This document shows, piece by piece, positions 1 through 12,452 of a DNA stretch of 38,297 nt (its first letter is position 1; each line of letters begins with the position of its first letter). The position numbers and the translations under genes are program-made. Under the pieces are notes generated by a model. It ran no database searches. It saw only the letters and a program-made list of their open reading frames with translations, and had not been told where the DNA came from. Source of the stretch: Octopus bimaculoides (taxonomy: Eukaryota). The stretch is taken from the NCBI RefSeq assembly GCF_001194135.2, contig NC_068989.1, positions 12,562,795 through 12,601,091 on the forward strand. The letters are read 5' to 3'.

Positions 1-42
<42 letters not shown>
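1..42. repeat. (TG)n microsatellite, cut by the window edge
   Basis: 21 perfect TG units read directly. Confidence 0.98.
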
Positions 43-46
<4 letters not shown>

Positions 47-58
47 CATATATGTGTA

Positions 59-155
59 AAATACTTTTCAATTCCTCTTGAGCGTTAAACTAATACATCT
101 GCTTCTTGCTCCTACACTTGTCTTCGTCTTTTGTTTTCTGTAAATTTGAACTATA
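59..155 (+). mobile_element. Possible Penelope-like terminal-repeat tail fragment
   Basis: Ends in 'tgtaaatttgaactatatacatatat', parallel to the end of the 14087-14285 element ('tttttgaacttatatatata'). Family assignment is from recollection only. Confidence 0.3.
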
Positions 156-273
156 TACATATATGCATGGTAATGGCTCGAAACCACTATGACTTCTATT
201 TCTAGCAATGCTGGTTCTCACTGAACCCTTGTCAGTCTTAATGACGGTCAATTATTTCCTTGTTGGTTTTAGT

Positions 274-330
274 AAACCCTGAAACATGTGGCTGTTTTGT
301 GAAGCAAGTTTCTTACCACGCAGCCTCACC
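274..330 (-). mobile_element. Family-B SINE head fragment
   Basis: 'gaaacatgtggctg...aagcaagtttcttaccacgcagcc' aligns to 4110-4150 of the full-length B copy. Confidence 0.55.
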
Positions 331-1725
331 TAGTGCTGGCGTGTTTAACCCATAAAGCGCTGGGATTTGCACTTACATAGCATGGATTACTGAGCACATT
401 TTATGAAAATAAAACTACCATGCAGACATAAAAAAAACTAAAAATAGTTAAAATATCTTCTTAGAATATAATGGTGGCAAATCTTACATCATTTGAAAAT
501 TCGTGCATTCTGGGGTGTATCGGAGCCTAGGGGTTACATTAGACCCCAACGAACGCCCATAAATTAAATTCATCGAGCTGTGCCACGATCGTGGCCCGTC
601 GCGCTTTATGTGTTAAGTTCAAATCTGCGAATGACAGTTAATTGCTTCCATATAAGATAATGCGAACATGGATATCATCGTTTCTTCAGTGCCTTAACCA
701 ACAAGCACCTAATTTGCATAGTATGGATAGTCATAGTGATGTTTTGTAGGATGAAAAACATAAGGTGAATAGAGTAGGCGAGTACACACAAAGAAACAGG
801 CCAGGATGAGAAACTAAGCCTTGTTGGTTATCCTGCAAAAAAGCACAAATAAATATCCTCCTAATTCCGGTTTGCATATTAAGGAAATACAGGCGCAAGG
901 CATAATATATTCCCACACCGGTTACACTTCGAAATGCTGATCGACTCTTCATAATTGGAACAACTTTTGTCAAAGGTCTGCTCGATCTTACACTCTGACT
1001 GTTAAAGGACAGTAACACCAAAGAAAACCCACATCATCTAAACACACATATATAATCAAGCTTGTGGCTGGTATAGAATTATAAGAGCAAAAATAAATTT
1101 TGTGGGATACACAAATATTTAAAAAGAATGAGCAAATAAAAAATGTATTGTGTAAAGAAAAAACACGGAAGGAACGGAAGATAAACGGAAAAAAAGGAAG
1201 ACAGAAAAGCATAGCGGATAAACGGAAGAAAATATAATCCAGAGCAGCGAGAATTAAAAAAAAAAAGGATGTATTGTCATAAAGCCTTTGTCAATAGTTA
1301 TTAAGTGTGTTTAAGTGTTCAGCAAACAAAATTTGGTTCAAAGTAAACTCAATTTAAAATCCCTTTGCATGCGTACAGACAAATATACACACGTACGCAA
1401 ACACAAGCATAGAGCAGATAAACATACCCAAGGAGATATACATACGCAGACAGTCGTGAAAAAACATACACACTGTAAAATGCGTAGTCGAACAGAGGCA
1501 AGACACCAATATACACAGAGATAGCAACGCTTTCAGATTTGCGCAGATATTCTTGGGCACGCAAGTACACGAAGATGCATGTCTAAGTTGATAACTATGT
1601 GAGATAAATTACATTATCTGAAGTCGTTCGTGTAGTTTCATAGAAACATTCATACGCATACCCATGCATATACAGATTCATGCTAGCATAAATTCGCTCA
1701 CATAAAGGACTGTTCAAACACAAAT

Positions 1726-2111
1726 GTTGTTGTTGGCACTCCGTCTCTTACGACGTCGAGGGTTCCAGTTGATCCGATCAACAGAACAGTCTACTCGTGA
1801 AATTAAACGTGCAAGTGGCTGAGCACTCCACAGACACGTGTACCCTTAACGTAGTTCTCGGGGATATTCAGCGTGACAGTGTGACAACGCTGACCCTTTG
1901 AATTACAGGCACAACAGAAACAGGAAGTAAGAGTGAGAGAAAGTTGTGGTGAAAGAGTACAGCAGGGTTCGCAACCATTCCTTGCCGGAGCCTCGTGGAG
2001 CTTTAGGTGTTTTCGCTCAATAAACACTCACAACGCCCTGTCTGGGAATCGAATCCGTGATCCTATGACCACGAGTCCGCTGCCCTAACCACTGGGCCAT
2101 TGCGCCTCCAC
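1726..2111 (-). mobile_element. Full-length tRNA-derived SINE (family C) with (CAA)n tail and 12-bp TSD
   Basis: Minus strand starts GTGGAGGCGCAATGGCCCAGTGGTTAGG (A box), then GGATTCGATTCC (B box), and ends GCCAACAACAAC. Direct repeat tcaaacacaaat at 1714-1725 and 2112-2123. Confidence 0.92.
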
Positions 2112-2341
2112 TCAAACACAAATACAATGCCGAAAAACAATGCACAACGACAAGGCCCAGGTACACCTAGTGAACGATAACAATTTGTGTCAGCACGCAG
2201 CCTTATCAAAAAGAAATAATAATCCTTTCATATTTTAGCGAATTGCGACCGGTTTTGAGGGAGGGAGGGTTGAAAAGTTAAACGGCAAAATATTCATCGA
2301 AGGTATTTGGAATCAGAATATAGAGAGTCTAAAGATAACAA

Positions 2342-2560
2342 GGGTTCCAAATTTTGTTAGAAGGCCAGAATTTGAGGCAGGGGAATGATTTGTCCGATAT
2401 CGGTTTGCCACAATGCCTGAATTTTACATAAGTTTGTCGAATCTGGAAAGATGAAAAGTAAAGCTGGAATCAGCAAAATTGGAACTAAGAATATAAAGAA
2501 TCAGGACAAAACTACTAAGGCAACTTCTTCCGATGCACTAATGATTCTGCTACAAAACTT
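2342..2560 (-). mobile_element. Old family-A SINE
   Basis: 'gaaagatgaaaagtaaagctggaatcagcaaaattggaactaagaatataaag...gcactaatgattctgct' aligns collinearly with the young A copy at 8476-8681. This accounts for ORF 2451-2633. Confidence 0.55.
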
Positions 2561-2993
2561 AGATGTGAAAAGTTCAATGTTCACTAATTTAGTGATGATA
2601 TATGTATACTTAATTCAACACATATGGTTTTGACGGAAATCTAAAAACTAATTGAATATAATTACATGCTCGCACGCACGTACGTTTTTAATGTCGGAAT
2701 AAACACTGATGCTAAAGTTATATTCTGAACCTTTTAGTTTGGTCTGTTGGTGCAGTTTAGCTAATATAATGAAAACCATTCCAGTCATGACCATTCCGGT
2801 ATTTTGGACTACATTGTAATATAAATATTTTCTTATGTATAGCGACAATGATGTGATTGAAGGAGATTCGTTTGCGCGGTATGATGAAATGTGGCTTAGG
2901 TAAGTGGGATATGTAAAGCCTAACGAAAATATAATAATTTGCGATGATTGAGTTCATATTGAATACGTAGTTACATGATTTTGAGGTAGAGGA

Positions 2994-3056
<63 letters not shown>
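2994..3056. repeat. (GA)n microsatellite
   Basis: Direct reading. Confidence 0.97.
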
Positions 3057-3723
3057 CATCGACAGAGAAAAGCGTTGGTGAATGTGAGAAAGAGGGAGAG
3101 AGAATGAGAGAAAAATGTGTGAGAAAGAAACGGTATTTTAGCTATCAATCACATGAATTGCGTGAAATTCACATGTCGAGAAATCTATTTCTTGGACAGC
3201 ATCGACGGCAGTATTACAGTGGAATTATATTGAGAAAAAGAAACAAATGATTTATTAACCACTAAACGACAAACTAAACGAAACCTAAACCCCTAATGGA
3301 AAAATTTCCTAAACGAAAAAACCCTTTTTCTCAAGAGTAATTTTAATACTCAATTTCACTTTACGTGCAAAAACTACAACTCTTAGTCTCTCGCACATCG
3401 AAATGTGCTGTGAAATATTCATTTTCCTTTGACAGTGGCCGTAGCTATGTAAAATTTTTGAAACATCAATTAATGATGACCACTGGATTCTAACGAAACT
3501 CAAACTGGTGATGTTCGTCGTTTGAGGAGATACCAGTGTGGAAAAAGAAAACATGACACTTGTATTTTACTCTGCCCCTGGCTTATACATTTAACTCCCT
3601 ATCTACGCAGTCAACACACCTGTAAATATGTACTGCTATTGCAGTAAAGTGACTAACTGAAAATATGGAGCATTTACCATTGAGTTCAAAGGCATCTGTC
3701 CGCATGGTTGATATAAGGGGGGA

Positions 3724-3946
3724 TTTACTCTTTTACTATTTTACTGGTTTCAGTCATTTTGACTGTGGCCATGCTGGAGCACCGCCTTTTAGTCGAGCAA
3801 ATCGACCCCAGGACTTATTCTTTGTAAGCCTAGTACTTATTCTATCGGGCTCTTTTGCCGAACCGCTAAAGTTACGGGGACGTAAATACACCAGCATCGG
3901 TTGTGGAGCGATGTTGGGGAGACGAACTAAGACACACAAATAGACA

Positions 3947-3993
<47 letters not shown>

Positions 3994-4162
3994 GTATACG
4001 ACGGGCTTCTTTCAGTTTCCGTCTACCAAATCCACTCACAAGGCTTTGGTCGGTCCGAGACTATAGTAGAAGACACTTGCCGAAGGTACCACGCAGTGGG
4101 ACTGAACCCGGAACCATGTGATTCGTAAGCAAGCTACTTACAACACAGCCACTCCTAAGCCT
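3724..4162 (-). mobile_element. Full-length tRNA-derived SINE (family B) with internal (CA)/(TA) microsatellite
   Basis: Minus strand: A-box-like GGAGTGGCTGTGTTGTAAG, B-box-like GGGTTCAGTCCC, 'ccttcggcaagtgtctt' segment resembling the start of CORE-type domains, and a GAGTAAA-type tail. Homologous to 31108-31505. Confidence 0.92.
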
Positions 4163-6119
4163 AAATACATTTATTCTCTATATACAAGTGAAGCGAAAAC
4201 AATATTCTATTCTGTTTCTTTTTCAGTCGTATAAAATTTTGCTTATACATGATCAAGCAATTTATAAAACAGGCTACAATATACACTCATAAACTAGCAA
4301 TACCATAAAACAAAACTTAGTACATACATGAATAAAAACCGCAATTTCACAGGTTCTAATTATTTATTTCATTTGTATGTTGCTTCAGTGTTTGATAAAG
4401 TATCATTGTACCAGTGGTAATAGGTCATTTCTGCAAGATTAATTTTCATCATCATTTAAGCTTTCAAAGACAGCGAAGTAACTGGTCTTTCAAGACACTG
4501 TATACATGAAATATGATACACAGAGGTCTATTTTAGTTTAATAAAAGCTCAATTGCCTATACTGAATTTTCAATTAGCAAGACAGCCATTCGCAATATCA
4601 GTGAATGATGTATTCATATATTTCTATATGATATAGTTCCTACTGAAATGACCAAAAATGACCAAAATGCATCTGGCACTTTCACCAGCGGCTGCTAAAA
4701 ATAATTCATTTTAACACAACATTTCTACAAGAGATCTTATCCAAGGACAAATATAGCAATAACTGGTCTATCGACAGTATGTATACATTCAATATGATAC
4801 AGAAATATCTACTTTAAAAGAATTCCTTTTGCGCTTTATATGCGATTGGAAAACCCTAGTAAATCGAGTTATTAAAGAGAAATAACCATGCCCATTTAGG
4901 ATAGATGCTGTATCGTAGACACGTTTATTGGGGCATCATCGGTTACCGTGGAAACATACACATGGATTATACTATATTTCAGGTCCAAATGAAATTATCG
5001 ACAATTTTCAAATAATACACAGATATTTCTGAAACAAAGTCTTGCGTCTTCTCTCGTATCAGTCTGCTAGAATCGCGATCTATATTTTAATTGTTTGTCA
5101 GTAAGTCAAAGACCATGAAACTAATCTAAAACTTGATTTATAATATCTGCAATATTTCCCACATCACTTTTCGTAAACATCTACTAAATCTTCATCATAA
5201 AAATGTATTCAACGTATTCTGCTCCTTTGTGTAGAAAAAATAGATCTTCCCTATCAGATATAAATGTATATTTTATATTCAGGCATCTGACTTTATTACA
5301 GATTTCATTAAGTTACTGTCAGTCTCAGAAGAACCCAATTGTAGCAAAACTTTATAGCCGCAGCGTGAAAATTATGTTAGCCTGTGATGGCTTTGTGAGT
5401 CACTGTGATTTTTATGATCTCCACATATTTTCGTTTACACGCAAACGGAGAACCTATCACAAAACCGCAGAAAATTGTTACGGACGACAGAGAATTTAAT
5501 TTCTAGACGACCCAGCCCAAGTGGATACATCAGTTCTGAATGATAACCGAGGATTCTAACCGTCTGTGATATCCAATTATCTACGCCTATTTTCCTGCTC
5601 ATATTTAGCAATTTTACTCCATTGACGATTTTACAACTACAAATATTACCAATGAAATAATATGCAAAGAGACATTTTCTTTAATTCAAGTCTGAAGTTT
5701 TAAGTTTTAAGTAAATTTACTTTGCAACTTATACCTCTTACATTTAATTAACAATACTGTGTAACGCATTACATATAAATACTGCTGTTACCATAAAAAC
5801 TTCATGCTGTTAACATTCAGAATAAAATAAACTCACTTATCTGTAATGGAACATACTAGACTTCTACAATATAACTTAGTTTAAGTGATTTAAGCTTGTA
5901 TTACCAATCATAGATATGCGTAACATATTAATACTGTGGTGCGTGTTAGGTTGCTTTAGAACTGAACTTTAATGTTGTCTTTTGAATAGAATTTACATTA
6001 GCAAAGATTACATGGTTGTGTGTGTGTGTATTCGTATACAAACACAGAATAATACATACCGACACACACAGATATGTATATATATATATATATAAATACA
6101 CGTATATGCATATGTATTC

Positions 6120-6157
6120 GCGTTGGATTGCTAACATCCCCGTAACAACGCCTCTGC

Positions 6158-6195
<38 letters not shown>

Positions 6196-6300
6196 AAAAA
6201 GTTCCAGATTAAAATCTGTAGTGAAGTTCATTTGACCGAATAGAAGATACGCGGTAATACCCAAGTGTGACGGCAATCCAATGACCGAAACAAGTAACAA
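6120..6300 (+). mobile_element. Degenerate family-B 3' half interrupted by an (AAT)12 run
   Basis: 'acatccccgtaac' and 'caatgaccgaaacaagtaacaaaa' match the B body and tail. (AAT)n lies at 6158-6193. Confidence 0.4.
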
Positions 6301-6489
6301 AATTAAAAAACAAAACAAAAAAAAAACACGATGTAATTATATTAGAATAAATGCGTTGCTCTGTGTATTATATTACTTAAGCTTTGTCATTTTTATTTAA
6401 AATCTCACTAATACAGTCTCGCATTTTATTTCTCCATGGATTTACACCAAATTGGTACCCCATAAATCTATTTTCAATGTTTTATTCGT

Positions 6490-6585
6490 ATGAGTCATTA
6501 AACTGCCACACTGCCGGCGCATCATATTGAAGCATATTAGTCAAATCTCGTCCCCAGTATTCAGTTTTTTAAAGGAGGATCTACT
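6490..6585 (-). mobile_element. Degenerate family-B 3' end
   Basis: 'gagtcattaaactgccacactgccggcgcatcatattgaag...ccccagtattcagtttttt' parallels 3750-3825. Confidence 0.33.
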
Positions 6586-7523
6586 ACAGTAGTTTATTTT
6601 CACAAAATGTTGTTATAGATCCCTTTGTACTGTACACTTGCATTCATATCTTTCCAGAAACGTTTTGAGCGTTAATCTTAAGTAAATCGAGAAATATAAA
6701 GTACCAGTTACGTGCAACGGACGCTTATACTCCAAGAGCCACCGACAATATCGGAAGAAATGGAGCAAGAGACCAATCAATCTGTGCTCTGGTCCAGAGC
6801 ACACAAAGTTCTCGTGGGAGGCTTTAAACCTGGGCAGATAAGTTTCCTCACGGAAAAACAAATACCGCTCATCTAGAAAACTTCCGCATGCTCGATCTAA
6901 TTGGGAATTAAACACACAGGCATAATACACTTGTTGTGACTGAAGGGTAAACAAAATCAGAACCAAGCATTTGCAAACTAAAGGTCTTAATCATGTGAAC
7001 ATCCGTCGTCACAACATAGAAAGCATTCTTCGTCCTTCATTCTGGATTGTTATGTCGGTGAATCAGAGATGTCGTCAAATCAAAGAAATCATAATTAACT
7101 TAAATGGGATTTGAACACATATAATGCAGAATCTAATAATGAATCTATTTCGGATCTCTGTTCCCTAGCCTGTAGCTGAACAATGGGAAAAAAATTCTTT
7201 GGATCCCACCGTCCGAAATATTTAAAAACGTTATTCTTATTCTTTGGCCATACATACGAACTTGCTTTGTGCCAGTGTTTGTCTACCATTTCTTCTATAA
7301 TACAATACATATGTAGTGACTTGTAAAAGCAGCAGCGGTAGGTTGATACTTTGCAGGGGGCCTTGCTTCATGTAAGAACTGCCAGTTGTCTGTAATGAGC
7401 TTTTCCTGGAAACAATAATAAAAGATGAGATGAAATAGATAAACCTGTCATATTTTATGGCATGTAATAAAATTGCTTATACATGATTATTCATTTTCAG
7501 CAGAAGAAACTAATGAATGATAA

Positions 7524-7752
7524 GCCTTTAGCCCACAGGTGCAATGCCAGGAGTTTATGGAGGTGGTACCTATTCTATTACATCACCTACAGAGCTGAAC
7601 TATTATTCATTTCATCAGCACCGAGAGAACATACGGCTAAGTCGACTCTGACGGAATTTGAATTCAGAACGGAAACCAAGACGAAATGCCGCCAAGCATT
7701 TTAGCTTAGCATTTTCTCCTGCATACTAACGATTCAGCGCGCTCGATGACTT
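7524..7752 (-). mobile_element. Old family-A SINE
   Basis: 'aagtcgactctgacggaatttgaattcagaacgg...gacgaaatgccgccaagcatt' matches the A core, including the B box on the minus strand. Confidence 0.6.
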
Positions 7753-7767
7753 ACTGCTATTACTAAT

Positions 7768-7976
7768 AGGGACTTCAAATTTAGCCAACAATTTTGCAGG
7801 GATGTTTCAGTCTGTGTCTCCAGCCCCACTGCTTGACTGATACTTTATTTTATTGAAACTGTAGGGATGAACAATTAACTTGGTCTCGACAGACTTTCGA
7901 ACTCAGTACAAAGAACTGTAACGAATACTGCAAAACATATTCTCCTACCCTCTCTCGATTCTACCATTCCAACGCC
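7768..7976 (-). mobile_element. Old family-A SINE
   Basis: Tail 'ttcaaatttagcc', body 'tactttattttattg', and 'gaactcag...gaatactgc' are collinear with the A copies. Confidence 0.5.
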
Positions 7977-8029
7977 GTACCACTGAGTCTGATATCTAAT
8001 TAATGCACACATTCTGCAATTTCAAAGTT

Positions 8030-8215
8030 GTGAGTTAGTCGATCACATGGACACCAGTACATGCCGAGTACTTTATTTTATCGATTGTAGAAGGATAAGA
8101 GACAAATTTAATCTACCTGAATATTTCAGTTCACCAACACATGGAAAATGAAAGACAAATACGACTCCAGCGAACATAGATCCTACAACGTAAAAATCCG
8201 AAACAAACGCCATCC
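8030..8215 (-). mobile_element. Very degenerate family-A fragment(s)
   Basis: 'gtcgatcacatggacaccagtac...tactttattttatcga' and 'aaatgaaagacaaatacgactccagcgaa...acaacgtaaaa'. Confidence 0.35.
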
Positions 8216-8475
8216 CCAAAAATCATGGTCAATCTCACCTCAAGGCAAATGTCCGATCCACGTCGTCTTTGTCCACATTATTGACATATGTCTAAGACAA
8301 GTTCGTTTATTTTTGCTATGCTCACCCCTATGATGCATCTTTCAGGAAATTGCTTGGGAGACGGTACTTCTCTCTCCACACTCCTTTTTCTTCTCAGTAA
8401 AAAAATCTCGCGATTTTCTAGGAACCTTCCTCACTCGAGGAAACAGTCATGCAATCGTCTGCACCGAATTGCATG

Positions 8476-8681
8476 TTCTTTTCTACTCTAGGCATGAAGC
8501 CCGAAATTTTGCGGGAGGGGGCCAGTCGATTAGATCGACCCTGTACGCAACTGGTACTTAATTTATCGACCCCGAAAGGATGAAAGGCAAAGTCAACTTC
8601 GGCGGAATTTGAACTCAGAACGTAAAGACAGACGAAATACTGCTAAGCATTTCGCCCGGCGTGCTAAAGTTCTGCCAGTTC
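8476..8681 (-). mobile_element. Young family-A tRNA-derived SINE
   Basis: Minus strand has A-box-like TGGCAGAACTTTAG, B box GAGTTCAAATTCC, and central 'gactttgcctttcatcctttcggggtcgataaattaagtacc'. Near-identical copies at 12453 and 28394. Confidence 0.92.
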
Positions 8682-8741
8682 TGTATTACACTTTGGAAAA
8701 CAATAAGATCAATAATGGAAGCTAGTATTTAATAATAATAG

Positions 8742-8845
8742 AAGACTTATTTGATCGACAAATGAATGAAGAGAAAGAACAGTTGACCTGAACAGTATTT
8801 GAACCATGAAGGTAAAGTTCCGGAACAAAATTCTCAACAATTTTT
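8742..8845 (-). mobile_element. Old family-A fragment
   Basis: 'acttatttgatcgac...gttgacctgaacagtatttgaaccatgaaggtaaag' is collinear with the A core. Confidence 0.45.
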
Positions 8846-9499
8846 TTTAACGATTTAACGAAATCTTTTGAATGGTGTTATATATTTCGTATTAATAAAT
8901 ATTATATGTTTAATGTTGACAAGAGAAAATACAAATAACACATATAGCTTTTACATGTGGTAATTAACACACGCACGTTTGTTGTTCTAATAGGATAAAT
9001 AACTCAGCATGAGGCGAATTCATCAGATTATTTCACCCTGCGTTTAATTAGGTTTAGTCAAATTAAATCTATTATTTTAAAGTGTAGCAATATGTTTACA
9101 CATGTGGGGGTCTCTTTGTAGGTTTTGACAGACGTCGAATGTAATCAATAACAATGTTTAATGTCGTTTCTTTCCCCTTATCGTTTCTTCCTACAAAGTT
9201 TCATAATATGAATATATACCAATATTGTATATAATTTAGTAAATCTAATCACCTCTACCTTTTCCCTTACGGAGGTAAGTGGCGATGCTAAACTGACTGT
9301 GAAGTATAGTGTGCATAGAGAACAGTAAAAGAAATGGTTATGTGCCAAAACAAATGAAACGGTACTATATAAATATCAATAAATAATACACAGGAACACA
9401 CTGAAACATATATATGTGTGTGATGTATGTGGGCATCTGTGTGTATGTGTGTGGTTGAAATAATCGTAATGTATCGAATAATGTAGCTCCTAATAATCC

Positions 9500-9696
9500 T
9501 TTGTATTTAAGGCACAAAGCCTGAAGTTTTGAGGGAAGGACTACCAGATGATATCGAACCAGTACGAAACTGGCACTTCTTTCACCGACCCTGAAATGAT
9601 GAAAGACGTCATCTTCGGAGGAGTTTGAACTCAGAACGTAAAGGCGGACGAAATGTTGCGAAGCATTTTATCCGGCCTGTCAATGATACTGCCAGC
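9500..9696 (-). mobile_element. Family-A SINE (stack member 1 of 4)
   Basis: 'ggcacaaagcctgaagtttt...tttgaactcagaacgtaaaggcggacgaaatg...actgccagc'. Confidence 0.8.
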
Positions 9697-9718
9697 AACA
9701 ATAATAATAGTATCGGAT

Positions 9719-9841
9719 GTTGGCGCAAGTCCAGCAGTTTAAAAGAGACAGATAAAATCAATTAAATCGACTCCAGTGCTCAACTCTTTTTTTCTTTTAT
9801 TGATCACAAAAAAGGACAAATCTGATCCCGGCGGTGTTTTG
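9719..9841 (-). mobile_element. Family-A 3' fragment (stack member 2 of 4)
   Basis: 'ttggcgcaagtccagcag...atcgactccagtgctcaact...cccggcggtgttttg'. Confidence 0.55.
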
Positions 9842-9870
9842 AAAAAAAAAAAAAGAAAGAAAAGAAATAC

Positions 9871-10090
9871 TAATAATGGTTTCAAATTTTGGCACAAGGC
9901 CAACAAGTTCGGCAGAGGCAAGAAAGTCGATTGCATCGACCCCTGGTTTGAAATGGTACTTATTTCATCGACTTCCAAAGACGAAAGGCAAAGTTGACCT
10001 CCGTGGAATTTGAACTCAGAACGTAAGGACAGACGAAATGTGACTAAGCATCTTGCAAGGCGTGCTAACGATATGCTAGCTCACCAACTT
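9871..10090 (-). mobile_element. Family-A SINE (stack member 3 of 4)
   Basis: Complete from tail 'ggtttcaaattttggcacaaggcc' to head 'gctagctcaccaactt'. Flanked by taataat and aataat. Confidence 0.87.
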
Positions 10091-10099
10091 AATAATAGA

Positions 10100-10271
10100 C
10101 CTTTCTACTATAGGCACAAGGCCCGAAATTTTCGTGGAGGGGAATAGTCGATTACATCAACCCAGTGTTTCACTAGTACCTAGTACGAAGGATAAAACGC
10201 AAAGTCGACTTCGGCAGAATTTGAACTTAGAACGTAGCGGAATACTGCTAAGCCTCTGCTAGCTCACCGCC
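10100..10271 (-). mobile_element. Family-A SINE with internal deletions (stack member 4 of 4)
   Basis: 'ttctactataggcacaaggcccgaaatttt...aagtcgacttcggcagaatttgaactta...gctagctcaccgcc', followed by a decayed (AAT)/(GAT) run. Confidence 0.85.
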
Positions 10272-11032
10272 CCCACAATAATAATAACAACAATAATGAT
10301 GATGATGACAACGATGTCAACGACTACGACGATGATGATGGTGATGATAATCCTTATACACCCGGCTGTATTTAAAATGCGTAAAAAACTACCCACAAAC
10401 CTGCGGTTGAATGGATAAAAATTAATTGAAAATTGGTTGTCGGCTAATCACTACACAAAACTCACGATTCCCTTATCACTCATCAGATCCGGAATCAATT
10501 AGTGCCACTAAACATGATGCGTAACACATTCACAATTCGACGTTGAACAAATTTAACTCCCATTCATTTCCTTCGACTCATTGCATGCGCTTGTGCGTGC
10601 GTGCGTGTGTATACGCGCGCGTGTTTGTGTTTATGTGTGTGTGTTTGCGTATGTGCTACGTCCATAAACAAATCTCAAGCGCAATCTCTCAACGTTGTTG
10701 GACTTCACCTTGCTTCTCCTTGCTTCTCTCATGGGCAATTATATGTAGGATGTTCGTGAGGTGGAAGTCCCAAAACTATTTTTCATTGTACACCAATTCA
10801 AGGACGCACTGAAATCATTGTATTTTTAGAAGTTCTACAAAAATAAACGGCGATTGATTTTAGGATTTGTTTTAATAACCTTGTTTATACTCACGTGATA
10901 TGACATAATTTTTCTGAAAATATCAGTTTTCTCCGAATACATATATTTATTTCCTTTAACATTCTTTAAACATCCGATAGATCTTTTCCTTTTGATCGGC
11001 AGGTCGATAAATTAATTTTTTGAGCTTAACAC

Positions 11033-11312
11033 TTTCAAACATCAGATACTGGTGGAATTTGTCATATAGAACATCTTTTACGCTCAGCGTTGTTGAGAAA
11101 AGTTTCTATTTACGTAGCTATTTCATGTTAAAGTTGTATTTCGGTAATTTCAACAAATCAATGACGTGTATTCAACTGAATAAAATTACTGCTGTTGTTT
11201 GTCAACAACTATCGGTGGTGTATATAACTTCGTAAATAGAAACTTTTCTCAACAACGCTAAGAGTAACAGATGTTCTATATGAGACATTCTACCAGTATC
11301 CGAATTTTGAAA
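11033..11312. mobile_element. MITE-like element with 82-bp terminal inverted repeats
   Basis: 11033-11114 is the gapless reverse complement of 11231-11312 at 73/82, including a perfect 29-bp block (11086-11114 / 11231-11259). Spacer is 116 bp. Confidence 0.75.
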
Positions 11313-11404
11313 CTGTTTATTTAAACAATGTTAATTTATCGACCTGCTGATGAAAAGGAAAAAAATCCCATCCGAGCAACGCCGGGTACTTAGTCTATTA
11401 TACC

Positions 11405-11452
11405 TATACATATATATATACACATACATATATCTATCTATCTATCTATCTA

Positions 11453-11494
<42 letters not shown>

Positions 11495-11531
11495 TATATA
11501 CATACATACACACACACATACACATATATAT

Positions 11532-11576
<45 letters not shown>

Positions 11577-11585
11577 TGTGTGTGT
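11405..11585. repeat. Compound (TA)/(TCTA)/(CA)/(TG) microsatellite
   Basis: Direct reading. Confidence 0.95.
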
Positions 11586-12060
11586 AAAATGAACATTCTT
11601 TTATTACTGTTGTCACGAAATGTTAAATTATAAAATATCGCTCGATGCTTTTTGTTGCACAGTAACATTCTATCACTTAATTTTATTACTTAATTTTAGA
11701 ACGTATCCAAAGAACGTTCAATGTATGCTATATACCATAAAAGCGACGAACATGATCTTCGAAGAAAATTAGCTGTCTAGACAACATAATTAACATTTGG
11801 GTATCTTACAGATGTGAATTTACATTATGCAACCGTCAATGTAAACCATCCAGATTGTCGTTTTTAATGTATCAGAAGATATACGTTGTCAAACGTTTTT
11901 AGATTTTGACACGTTGTTGGTTCGCGTCGAAATTCTTTTGTTTTACAAATATCTTTATGAAATAAATCACGTGTATTAATGTATATTCGTGTTTCTAAGT
12001 AATAATTATAGCAGACTAACATTTGCGCTTTGTAAGCTTATGGAACCAAATACTTTTTTC

Positions 12061-12254
12061 TTCTACTCCATGCACAAGGCCCGAAGTTTTTTTTTTCTTC
12101 TTTTGGTGGGAGGTCAATCAATTAGATCGACACCAGTACTTAATTTATCGACACCTGAAAAGATGAAAGGCAAAGTCGACCTCGGCGGAATTTGAACTCA
12201 GAACGTAAAGATTGACGAAATACCGCTAAGCATTTCGCCCGGCATGCTTACGTT
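12061..12254 (-). mobile_element. Family-A SINE, slightly 5'-truncated (trimer member 1)
   Basis: High identity to 8476-8681. The head stops at 'catgcttacgtt'. Confidence 0.9.
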
Positions 12255-12452
12255 ACTTATTCCTTTATTGCCCACAACGGGGCTAAACATAGAGGGGACA
12301 AACAAGGACAGACAAAGGGATTCAGTCGATTATATCGACCCCATTGCGTAACTGGTGCTTATTTAATCGACCCCGAAAGAATGAAAAGCAAATTCGACCT
12401 TGGCGGAATTTGAACTCAGAACGTAACGGCAGACGAAATACCGCTAAGCATT
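12255..12452 (-). mobile_element. Family-A SINE, alternative-tail subfamily, 5'-truncated (trimer member 2)
   Basis: Tail 'tttattgcccacaacggggctaaacatagaggggacaaacaaggacagac' matches the reverse complement of 28565-28627. Confidence 0.9.

Noticed and set aside
2030-2111. SINE heads (also 14644, 18105, 28394) as tRNA genes
   Set aside because: A and B boxes are present, but there is no acceptor-stem closure or oligo-T terminator, and they continue into SINE bodies with tails and TSDs.
8390-8475. Minus-strand QFGADDCMTVSSSEEG resembling an RTE RT YADD motif
   Set aside because: Downstream residues do not follow the RT consensus, and part of it is a small catgcaat/attgcatg hairpin. Likely chance.
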